In this document: piece by piece, positions 55,101 to 64,000 of the stretch
Position numbering within the stretch: position 1 is the first letter of the stretch
Layout of the letters: each line of letters begins with the position of its first letter
Assembly: GCA_965240325.2 (NCBI GenBank)
Contig: OZ251227.1
Coordinates: 1,302,001 to 1,366,000, forward strand
Length of the DNA stretch: 64,000 nucleotides
From: Rebecca billardiae RCC1528
Taxonomy: Eukaryota > Protista > Haptophyta
Direction: 5' to 3'
The notes under the pieces: generated by a model
What the model was told of the DNA's origin: nothing
Databases searched by the model: none
Seen by the model: the letters and a program-made list of their open reading frames with translations, nothing else
Translations under genes and position numbers: made by a program

Positions 55101-55716
55101 CAAGCTCGCACCGCGCGTGCACCCAGCTGCCGCAGCTCCCCTTCGTCGTCTCCTGCCCCACTGCAATCCCCCCGCCGCACGCGCTGCAATGGCCGGCGAA
55201 TCTCGCCGGGAACACTTTCGCTACGAAGGGGCAGTTGCTCTGGAAGTGGCCTTCCTTGTTGCAGCGGAAGCAGGCGCCCCATGTCTGCACGAGGTGTTGC
55301 GGCAGCGCGTCGAGGTCGCGGCCCGGCATGGCCTGCTCGCTTTGCGGCGGCTCGTGCCGTGCGACGACGCACGCGGGCCGCTTGCCGACAATCATCGGCG
55401 CGCGCACGACTGGGGAGGTGCTGGGCTCGGTGAGTGCCCGCGGCGTCCCAAACACCGGCGTATCGACGGCGGGGAGAGATGGCGCACCGGCAGCTGGGAG
55501 AGATCCTGACGCCCTCGCCCCCGCCGACACCGCGGGCTGCGTGCTCGGCGCGCGGGCCCCGCCCGGCTGCTCGGATGTCTTGGCGGGTGTGCTCAGGATC
55601 TCGTCGGCAGAGGGGCTGGTGGCAGCGAAGCCGGGGCTCTGCGTGTCGATGGCGGATCCAAAGGCGTCGTCGGCAGCCCGCTTGCGCGCACTGCGAGGAG
55701 GGGACCCGTCGGCCAT
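52148..55716 (-). CDS. UvrD/Rep-like SF1 DNA helicase with N-terminal CCHC zinc knuckle, a second Cys/His finger and a frameshifted C-terminal J-domain
   Basis: CFRCNKEGHFQSNC, CSACGGGI..WVHARC, AVAGAGKTS, TFHSLG, DFDDQL, DEVQD, VGDSMQAIFGFAGA, HRCP, VLCRSNAPL, STVHKAKGLEF, ELNLTYVACTRAR. The HPD-containing tail is in the -1 frame and ends at 52148; the main frame stops at 52153. Confidence 0.88.
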
Positions 55717-55922
55717 GTGCCCCGCAGCAATCGACGGGGGGCGGGAGGTCGTGTGACGTGTGTGGGCCGCAACACCCAACCGGGAAGGACTTCCGCGGTG
55801 TCGTGCCTTCCCGCCCAACGGCAAGGGCTGCCCACCGCGGTTTCACGGAGGAGTTGACCGCCGAGTATTTTAGTTTCATTTATTGATGGCCGTTTCGCCG
55901 TGTCGCGAACGCGGATTGCAGC

Positions 55923-56246
55923 ATGGCGGACGACACTACTATGCCGTCGGCATTGCCGCCTCCGCCCAATCCGGCAAGCAGGAGCGACGGTGAGGTCGAG
56001 TCGCCCGTGGATGCATACAGGGAGAAGCTCAAAGGTCTGTGGCTGGAGCTCGACGATATCATCGAGCTGCTTGTCAAGGCATCGATTGCAGGCAGTGAGG
56101 ACAGTCTCGCAGAGCTCCGGGAGCAGATGCGGTCTGTCCGCACGGCCATCGAGCTTAATGCGCGCCTCTTGGGAGCAGAGGAATGCAAATTGTGGATGAT
56201 CAGCGGCGATCCGAGGCAGCAACCCACCCCCGAAGGAACAGAATGA
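55923..56246 (+). CDS. Small hypothetical helical protein, divergent from the helicase
   Basis: 107-aa ATG ORF with amphipathic helices (YREKLKGLWLELDDIIELLVK, LAELREQMRSVRTAIEL). No family recognised. Confidence 0.45.
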   Translation: MADDTTMPSALPPPPNPASRSDGEVESPVDAYREKLKGLWLELDDIIELLVKASIAGSEDSLAELREQMRSVRTAIELNARLLGAEECKLWMISGDPRQQPTPEGTE

Positions 56247-56740
56247 TCCTGCACAGCTCTACGACGCGCAGCTCCACGACGCAGACTCGCCCTAATCATC
56301 ATGGGTCTGAGCTCTACGACCAGACGAGAAGGCCGCGCACGGCGACAGCGAACGTCGTGATGAGTCCAGAGTCACGTCGAATGTTGCTTCTCGTTTCGAG
56401 TGAGGTGTCCCCGGTCCCGGTGAGTGAGACAGAGTGTCTGGTACGGTCCCTGACCCGACTTTTGTCACTCCACGACCACTGTCCACTGTCTCAGTCTCCG
56501 TCTCCGAGACCGAGTCAGTCTGCGTAGAGCTACGTAAGTACGACAGCCTGCTTACTGGAGTAATACTGCCTGCTTAGTGTCAAGTCAAAGTGCTGATGAC
56601 ATCATATCGGATCTAGCTAGCGCTAGATCCGCGCGACTTCGAGCAGACTCTCGCCCGCCGCTCGCCCGGCTCCGCGGACCGAGACTCGCTCGGCGGTAAT
56701 ACGCCTACGGCGGTAAAGTAGCTGATGCTTATACCACTTA

Positions 56741-56856
56741 CCAGTTTCCAAGTCTCTCTTGACTCTTCGCCCGACTTCGGAGAGCGTGCGATGAAGGATG
56801 GCGCGGCAACCTGCCACCGTGAGCCTTACGCACGTTATAAAACAAATAAACTGTAG
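56741..56856 (+). mobile_element. Short dispersed repeat, copy 2, with A-rich end and flanking direct repeats
   Basis: Reverse-complement match to 22869-22965, ending ATAAAACAAATAAACTGTAG. TATACCACTYACCAGTT occurs at 56730-56746 and 56865-56881. Confidence 0.6.
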
Positions 56857-57099
56857 CAGCCGTATATACCACTCACCAGTTAGTAGTGTTAGGACCACGG
56901 GCAGCGCGCCTCACGGACGTGGTCACGTGGTGACTGGTGTACGGGGCGCAGCCCGTTAATAACGGGCCGTTAGGCGTTACGCCCCGTTCGATCGCGGGTC
57001 TAGGTCACGCGACTTGGGCGGCGCTTCGGAGTTCGGGGCGCGCCGGGGGGGCTGCTGACTTCACCGCTACTGCAGCTAGCTTCCATGCAACTAGCCCTC

Positions 57100-57990
57100 T
57101 TACTGGTACGTCAGCGGCACGGGCTCGGGCATCGAGGTCGGGTCTTGCCGCAATTCGCGAACTTCGCCATTCTTGAAGCGGTACTGTGAGAAGGTGCGCG
57201 GGTCGGCGCCGGCGACGTAGCATTGCGTGATCTGCAGCGTGTCTGCGTGCGACGTGAGCACGATTGTGCAGCCGTCGTGCAGCGCCTCGAGCTCGAGGAT
57301 GAGCTCGCGCACGCGCGCCGCGACAGAGGCGACACTCTCCACCCCATAATGCTCGTGTTCCGCTGAGACGAGGTCGCGCGGCCACACTTTATTGTAGTTG
57401 TGCAGCGGCAGCGCGTCGAGCTCGCCAAAACAGCGCTCGCGCAGCCGTTCAGTGCGCGTCACGGTCTCGAGGCATGGGGGAGGCTCTGTCAACTCGATGC
57501 GGTCGGGGAGGGAGAGAGACGCCTCGAACTGTATCACGTTGATCACCGCGGCGAGCGCCTCCTCCGCCGTCTCGTACGCGCGCGTGAAGTCTGAGGCGTA
57601 GAAGTGAAGCTTGTCCACGTGCTCGCGCCCAACGGCATCGATCAGCTGTGTCGCAGCGCGGCGAGCCTGCAAGCGGCCCTCGACGGTGAGGCCGTGTCGA
57701 ACGGTGCCGACTGCTGGATCGCTGCTGATCACACCCTCCACATTCGCCGTCGACTGACCGTGCCGGAGGGCAAAGTACCGATTCTTCAGCGGCTTTGGCA
57801 GCGGGGGTGTGCTGCAGTGGCGCTGATCGACGCCCATCAGCTTGGCGAGCAGCGAGGTCGAGATAAGCGTGTAGCTCGGTTCCATGGTATCAGCGGCGAG
57901 CACACACGCGCGCGATGGCGCTGCCCTCCCGAGTGGGCGCGAGCTCAGCGACGACGATGCGATCAGCAAGGACGCGGCGACGTTCATCAT
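57100..57990 (-). CDS. Histidine phosphatase (phosphoglycerate mutase-like), probably plastid-targeted
   Basis: YFALRHGQSTAN, LTVEGRLQA, ASDFTRAYETA, LRERCFG, GVESVASVAAR, LTSHADTLQI. Leader is signal plus a Ser/Arg-rich transit-like segment. Confidence 0.9.
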   Translation of the reverse strand: MMNVAASLLIASSSLSSRPLGRAAPSRACVLAADTMEPSYTLISTSLLAKLMGVDQRHCSTPPLPKPLKNRYFALRHGQSTANVEGVISSDPAVGTVRHGLTVEGRLQARRAATQLIDAVGREHVDKLHFYASDFTRAYETAEEALAAVINVIQFEASLSLPDRIELTEPPPCLETVTRTERLRERCFGELDALPLHNYNKVWPRDLVSAEHEHYGVESVASVAARVRELILELEALHDGCTIVLTSHADTLQITQCYVAGADPRTFSQYRFKNGEVRELRQDPTSMPEPVPLTYQ

Positions 57991-58386
57991 CAAAGCCTGG
58001 CCGCGTCGCGTTGAGGGACGATGGCGGCTCGTCGCTTTTTGAAGAGCCCGCGGCGAGGGACTGAGTTGGAACCCCCTTGAGCCACTCCGACGAGAGGACG
58101 TCCTCTCGCCTGCGATGGTGATCGACTGTGTTCTGATTCACAGTCGTAGATCACTCCCCTTGGTAGATCTATCTCATATCATACTTGATCGATCTGCGTC
58201 TAGAAGCACTCAGACGCGTCGCAGCTACCTGCTACGGCTACTGCCTACTCAATGATAGTTAGCAGCTAGGCCATGCTGCGTCGATAGTGAGCTAGAGACT
58301 GGGCGTGCAGATCAGAAATCTGCTACGATTGCTGACGACGAGACTCCTGCCGTCATCGGGCCATTACAGTATGCGGCGTAGGGCTG

Positions 58387-60389
58387 CTACGAGTGCGAAG
58401 CGCCCGCCTGCTCAGCAGCGCCTGCCGAGATAGGGCGGCGACCAGCGCCAGTTGTGCGCGGCTGCCCCCACACTCGGCCGACAGGCCCCCCCGCGCTCTT
58501 TGGCCGCCCGGCGCCGCCGTCGCCCTGCGCGCCGCTCGTACCAAAGGCGTCCTCGCGCGTCGCGCCGAGCCCACCCTGCGCCTTGTCGGGCCCCGCCGGC
58601 GCCGGCTCGTCCGCCGGCATGATCCCGATGGCGGGCACAGTCGGCTTGGGCGGCCCGGCCACGTCCTCTGGGCGGCGCGCGTCGAACAGCTCGGCGTACA
58701 CGCCCGCGTACCCGACGAGGGAGGTGTGCTTGAGCTCGCGCAGCCGCTGCTTCGCCAGCAGCATCTTGCGGTACATCGGCCGGCCGCGGCGCTGCGGAGG
58801 CGCGGCGAGCGTGGGCGCGCGCGCGCCGGGCGGCACGGCGGTGGCTTGAGCGCGTGCACGTGCACGGGCGCGAGCGCTGCAGCCGCGGCGCGGGGCGGGG
58901 CGCCTCTCCCGCGGCGCGGCTGCGCGGCGGTGGGCGAAGCTTTGCGCGCGCGCACTCGCGCGCGCGCGCGCGCACCACGAGTGGCACGGCCTCGGGCTTC
59001 TCGCGCTTGCGCCGCACGGCGGCGAGCATCTCCTCGTCGGCCGCGCGCTCTCTCTCCACGTCCTCCGCCGAGTGCGACATCTGCCGCGCGCGCACGCCCT
59101 CCGCCTCGGCGATCGCCGCGCCGCGCTGCGCCGCGTACTCGAGCCGATCGATCTTGACCATCTTCACGCCGTCCTGGCCCATCACCTCGGCGAGGATCCA
59201 GCGCTCGCGCTCGCCGACGAAGCTCGAGTAGTGGATCATCAGCTCGAGGGCGATGCGCGACTGCGGGGCGCGCGGCGGGGCGCGTCGTGGCGCGCGCGTG
59301 AGCGCGCACACCGTGCAGCGCGCACACCGGGCAAAAGACTCGTGCGCGCGCGCGGTGCGCCGCGCGCGGTGCGGGGGGCACAGCGGCGCGTCGGCGCGCG
59401 GCGCGGGCGGTAGCGTCCGTGGGGCGCACCTTGGGCTGCAGCAGCGCCGCCGCCAGGTCAAAGGTCCTCGTGTCGGCGCGGCGCGCGGCGGTGATCACCG
59501 CGGCGAGCTTGTCGCGCATGTCGACGTGCACCGTCGCGTACGCCAGCTCGATGCGCATCGGCTCCCCGGCGGGCGGCGCCAGCCCCTCGCCGCTCAGCTC
59601 GAGCGCGGCGGCGGTGCGCGTGTGCAGCTGCGCGCGCACCTCCGCCGCAACCTCCGACGAGCGGAGCCGCTCGGCCGAGAGCTCGACGGACTCGTCGTCG
59701 TCCGCGCCGCCGAGGGCGATCACGGTGGCCACGCTCGACAGCCCGTCGTCCTCGTTGAGGAAGCGCGACTCGTCCAGCTGCGCGGTGCGCGTGCGCTGCG
59801 TGCTGGTCGAGTTCTGAGCGTCGAGGGGCGCGTGGCCGGAGGCGCTCTCAGAGGGCGCCGCGGGCCCGCTGCGCCCGTCCGGCCTGCTCGGCGCGACGAA
59901 GGGGGAGAGCGGCCGCCGCTGCGCCTCGCCCTCCGGCCGCTGCTCCGAGGCGCCGCCCTCGGGCGCGAACGGCGCCACGTCGGCGTCGGCGGGTGGGTCG
60001 GCGGGCAAGGTGGCCGTGAGATGGAACGCGGACGCGGCGGCGGGCGGCGGCGCATCGGCGGCGGGCGGCCGCGCGGAGGAGGGTGGCCAGGGGGCGGCCG
60101 CGTGCGCACTCAGCTCGGCGGCCCTCTCCCCTGCGAGCTCGGCGGCGGCGGCGTCGGCCTCTGCGGCGGCGGTGGCGCCTGCGGCCGCGTCGGCCGCGTC
60201 GGCCGAGTCTATCTGCGCGGCGCCGAGCGCGGCGGCGATCATCTCGGCCGTGAGCTCGGAGCGAGCGCGCGCCGGCCCCACCGCCGCCTCCGCCTCCGCC
60301 TCCGCCGCCGCCTCGGCCGCCTCGGCCGCGCGCGCGCCCTCGGCGTGCGCAGCCTCCGCGCCGTCGTCGAGCGCCGTCTCAGCCATCGG

Positions 60390-60423
<34 letters not shown>

Positions 60424-62998
60424 TTCGCCGCCTTCGCCGCCTCCGCCGCCGCCTCGAGGTCCTTGCGCCGCCGGCTGCGCTCGCGCGCTGAGTCGTACAT
60501 GTGCGGCAGGGGCTCTCCGAGCGGGTGCTCCACCGACTCGACCACGCCGGTGGGGCGGCTCACCCCCAGTCGCCCCTCCTCCTCCGCCCACAGCCGGGTG
60601 AGCAGCGCGAGCGCGTGCTCGCCGCCGCCGCCCGCCGCGCGCTCCGCGCTCAGCGCGTGCCGCCCCGTCGGCCGCGGCGCGAAGGGCTGCGCAGCGTACC
60701 AGCTGCAGAGCGCGGCGGTGGCGGGCTCGCCGGCCACGTCGATCACAGCGGCGAGGGTCGAGAGCTGCTGCGCGCGCACGGCGCGCGGCGACTGCGAGAT
60801 GAGCGTGAGCAGGCTGCCTACGCCGTCCGCCTCGACGAGCAGCCGCGCCGCCGGCGGCACGGGCGACACGGCCGCGCGCGTGCACTCGCACAGCGCCAGC
60901 AGCAGGTCCGCCCTCGGCACGTCGATGGCATCCCGGAGCATCTCGGAGAGCGCGCCAATCCCGCCGCGCTCGGCGAGCAGCTCCGCGCACCGAGGGTCGG
61001 CCTCGCACGCGTGCGCGATGGCGGAGAGCAGGTCGGCGAGGGAGCTCAGCTCGCTCAGCACCGCCGGCCGGCCCGACGGCGCCGCGGGCCGCGGCACGCG
61101 CGCGAGCGCCGCGCTCGCCGGCTCGGGCATCTGCGCCGAGCCCTGCACCAACGCCGCGTGCGCGTCCTCGACCAGCTGCTCGAGGTCAAAGTGGCGCGCG
61201 AGGTTGGCCGTCTCGAGCGCGGTGCGCAGCGCGGAGAGCGCGGCGCGCGCGGTCTCCTCCGCGGCGTGCGGCGGCTCGTCCGCGCAGCGCATCGCGCGCA
61301 GCACCGTCTCGGGCCCGCCCGCCGCGACGAACGCGTCCGCGAGCGCGGGCGCGGACAGCGCGCCCGCGAGCGCGCGCAGCGCGCCCACGCGCAGCTCGTG
61401 CCACTGCGACTCTGGCAGGCGCGCAGCCCAAGACGACTCGGCGGCCGGGCGCGCGAGCGCGACGAGCGCCGCGCCCGCGTGCGAGCAGACCTCGGCGAGG
61501 GTGCCGGCCGAGCTCGCGGCGGCGGCGGCGGCGGCGGCGGCAGCGACCGTCGCGTCGGCCGCGCCGCCCGCGCGCGCGGCCGCGGCCGCCGCGCCGCTCG
61601 CGGCCGCGGCGGCGCCGCCGCCCGCGGCGGCGGCGCCGGCCGCGCCGGCCGCGGCGAGCTGGTCGGCAAGCGCCTCGATGCACGCGAGCGCGCCGCGCGC
61701 AAACTCGTGCGCGAGCGGGCCCTCCTCGTTGAACCTCCGCGCGTAGCTCGAGCGCAGCCGCAGCTCCTCCGACGCCAGCCACTCGACGAGCGCGCCGAGC
61801 GGCCCGTCCGAGGCGGCGAGCTGCGCGCGCAGATCGGCGTGCGAGGTGCGCGCAAGCTGCAGCACCGCACACAGGACGTCGTTGCGGAGGCCGCCGTCGC
61901 GCGTGCCCGTGCCGTCGCGCATGAGCTCGCGCAGCAGCCCGCCCAGCGCGAACGCGCCGCCGCTGCCGCCCAGCGCCGCTGCCGCCGCCTCCGCGTCCGC
62001 GCTGATCACGTTCAGCAGCACCTCGGCGCACAGCGGCATCGACGCGGACGCGGCCGACGCCTCCACGAGCAGCTCGAGCAGGTGGTCGCCAAAGGTGGGG
62101 GCGGCCGCGAGCGCGACGGCGGTCTCGCTCGAGCGCGAGGCCTCGGCGAGGAAGCGCAGCAGCGCCACGTTCCGCGCCGCCACCTCGTGCGCGGGCGCGC
62201 CCATCTCGAGCCCGCAGTCGAGCGCGCCCAGCGCGGCCAGGTGCGCGCTCGACGACTGCAGCATGAAGTGGTTCACGCGCGCGCGGAGGGACATGCGCAG
62301 CGTGGAGCGCGCGGCGGGCGCGCCGTGCGGCGGCTCGGGCGGGAGGGGTGGCATCGACCCGCTCGGCGGCACGCTGCCCAGCGCGAACGCATGCAGCATC
62401 TCCGCCGCCTGCGCGCGGCCGGAGCGGACGCGGGCACAGGCGCGCGAGGGCGCGCGCGCAGGTGCGCGAGCGCGTGAGCGGTGATCGCGGGGCGGGGCAG
62501 GCGGACGTCTCTTCGCGCGCGGCGCTGCGCGTTCGGTGCGGACGCGCGCCCCGGGGCACGCACCGCGATCGCCACCTCCGTCTCTCGCAGCGGCAGCAGC
62601 TCGGCGACCGCGTCGAGCAGCGCGCCGACCTCGTGTGCGAGCATGCGGTCCTCGTGCACGCTCGAGCGGTGGAAGGGGAGGGCGCACAGCGCGCACACGT
62701 GCAGGAGGGCGTCCGCGTACGCCTCGTGCCCCTCCGCCAGCGCACGCGCGCAGAAGCGCACCAGCCGCGCCAGCTGGCTGACCTGCGCGAGCGCAAAGCC
62801 CTGCGTCGCGTGCACGCGCACGAGCTTGTGCAGCGCGGCGATGTGCGCCGAGTGCGCGCCGCTGGAGTGGCGGCTCTCCATCATGTGGACGGTGCGTTCG
62901 AGGAGGCTCACCATACGCCGCCGTCCTGGCAAGCCCGACGACCCCGGCGAGGCCGGCGTCGAGCTGCGCGTCACCGGCACGGGCGCGCGCGACGACAT
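58387..62998 (-). CDS. CFAP69: Cilia- and flagella-associated protein 69 homologue (ARM-like). Introns 62409-62563, 59261-59429 and 58792-58975.
   Basis: Segments recalled as CFAP69-like: QGFALAQVSQL..LCALPF, LRNDVL, LLTRLWAEEEGRLGV..HPL, DMRDKL..V, HYSSF..ERW. Three phase-0 GT-AG introns join the ORF-track pieces. Confidence 0.78.
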
Positions 62999-63216
62999 GG
63001 TTCTTGTCGCGCGTCGTAACCGCGAGTTCTCAGCCGATGTGTGGGTGGCTGGACCTTGTAACGACCTGGTTGCTGCTGAGGAAGTTTCGACTGTCGTCTC
63101 AAAGGAATCAAGGGCTCAAGCTTGATCCAGCAGCAAGCACTAATTCATCAATCGCCGCCGCCGCCATCGTTTTTTTTGTCCAAGAGTCGAGAGACGCTCT
63201 GAGTGCGCACACCGCG

Positions 63217-63840
63217 ATGCTTCGCTCGGCGCTCAAGGCTCTCGGCTTCCACGCGCGCGAGCGCGTGGGGTCCGACCACTGGGGCAACGTGTACTACGTG
63301 GTGCGCAAGCGCCCGCTCGAGAGCGCGGGCTCGACCAACTGGAGCGACCTGCGCAAGTGTGAGGAGCGGCACGTTGACTGGTTTGACGGCGGCTCGCGGT
63401 GTGGCGAATACTCGCCCGAGAAGCTGCCGCCCGAGTGGTCGTCGTGGCTCAGCTACAAGCGCATGGAGCCGCCCATCGAGCTTCCCCCGCCTGCAGACGA
63501 GGCCGAGCGCCTCGAGCCCTACGAGCACGCGCGCCTCATGCGGGCCGAGCAGATCGCCGCCGCGCCGGACAGGGGCGACGAGGGGCGCGCTGTGCCGCGC
63601 ACGACCGTGGTCGGCGGCGTCCTGCCAGACGCGGAGAGCGCTGTCGAGGCGCTCCGCAGTGGCGAGTACAAGCCCGCAGGATGGGCGCCGGACGGTGCGC
63701 GGGCGGGGGGCGTGGGTCGACGGCGCCGGAGAGCAGGTAGCACGCCGCCGCCTGGCCGTGGCGCGGCAGCCGACAAGCCAGCGCCTGCTGACCCTACCCC
63801 TGCCGCTGGGCCTGGCGGCTCGACGACGGAAAGCAGATGA
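63217..63840 (+). CDS. NDUFA12/NDUFAF2-family mitochondrial complex I subunit or assembly factor
   Basis: VGSDHWGNVYY...RHVDW...LPPEWSSWLSYKRMEPP and C-terminal YKPAGWAP. Start MLRSALKALG resembles a mitochondrial presequence. Confidence 0.82.
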   Translation: MLRSALKALGFHARERVGSDHWGNVYYVVRKRPLESAGSTNWSDLRKCEERHVDWFDGGSRCGEYSPEKLPPEWSSWLSYKRMEPPIELPPPADEAERLEPYEHARLMRAEQIAAAPDRGDEGRAVPRTTVVGGVLPDAESAVEALRSGEYKPAGWAPDGARAGGVGRRRRRAGSTPPPGRGAAADKPAPADPTPAAGPGGSTTESR

Positions 63841-63961
63841 ACCACAGCAGGCGGAGCCGTTTCTCCTCGAATCACCGTCAAGGTTCCCGGCGTGTTCCTC
63901 GCAACGCCCGCCGATCTGCGACAGTCCCCAGCGGCGGCCTGACAGCTGCTAATTTAATGAT

Positions 63962-64000
63962 ACACACACACAAGTCACAGTACACACACACACACACACA
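63962..64000. repeat. (AC)n microsatellite
   Basis: ACACACAC runs to the window end. Confidence 0.9.

Noticed and set aside
52153-55716. Helicase as the autonomous partner of the Helentron-like elements
   Set aside because: Its motifs are UvrD/SF1A rather than PIF1, no HUH Rep domain is visible, and it is not flanked by the element termini.

Overview
A very GC-rich eukaryotic nuclear region with short GC-rich GT-AG introns (GTGCGC...GCAG) and one 200-N scaffold gap. Bipartite plastid-targeting leaders, an axonemal CFAP69 gene and the composition suggest a flagellated alga with a secondary plastid, probably a haptophyte (inference). In order: (1) the 3' part of an RsmI-type rRNA methyltransferase; (2) a ~5,930-aa two-exon surface receptor with TMEM132-like, cohesin-, dockerin- and SEA-like modules, very long Ser/Ala-Pro repeats, REJ, GPS, 5 TM helices, an IQ motif and an EF-hand pair, i.e. 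a polycystin-1-like protein without the channel module; (3) a ~7-kb repeat island with two Helentron/Helitron2-like elements sharing ends but carrying unrelated interiors, a minisatellite and a short dispersed repeat; (4) a small EF-hand ORF and an SDR42E1-like 3-beta-HSD with His in place of the catalytic Tyr; (5) a ~10-kb block (plastid GPAT, ThrRS, coiled-coil protein, front-end desaturase, TIR element) repeated almost identically across the gap, probably an assembly artefact; (6) a zinc-knuckle UvrD helicase with a frameshifted C-terminal J-domain, a histidine phosphatase, CFAP69 and an NDUFA12-family gene. Domain calls come from motif recognition by eye, not database searches.
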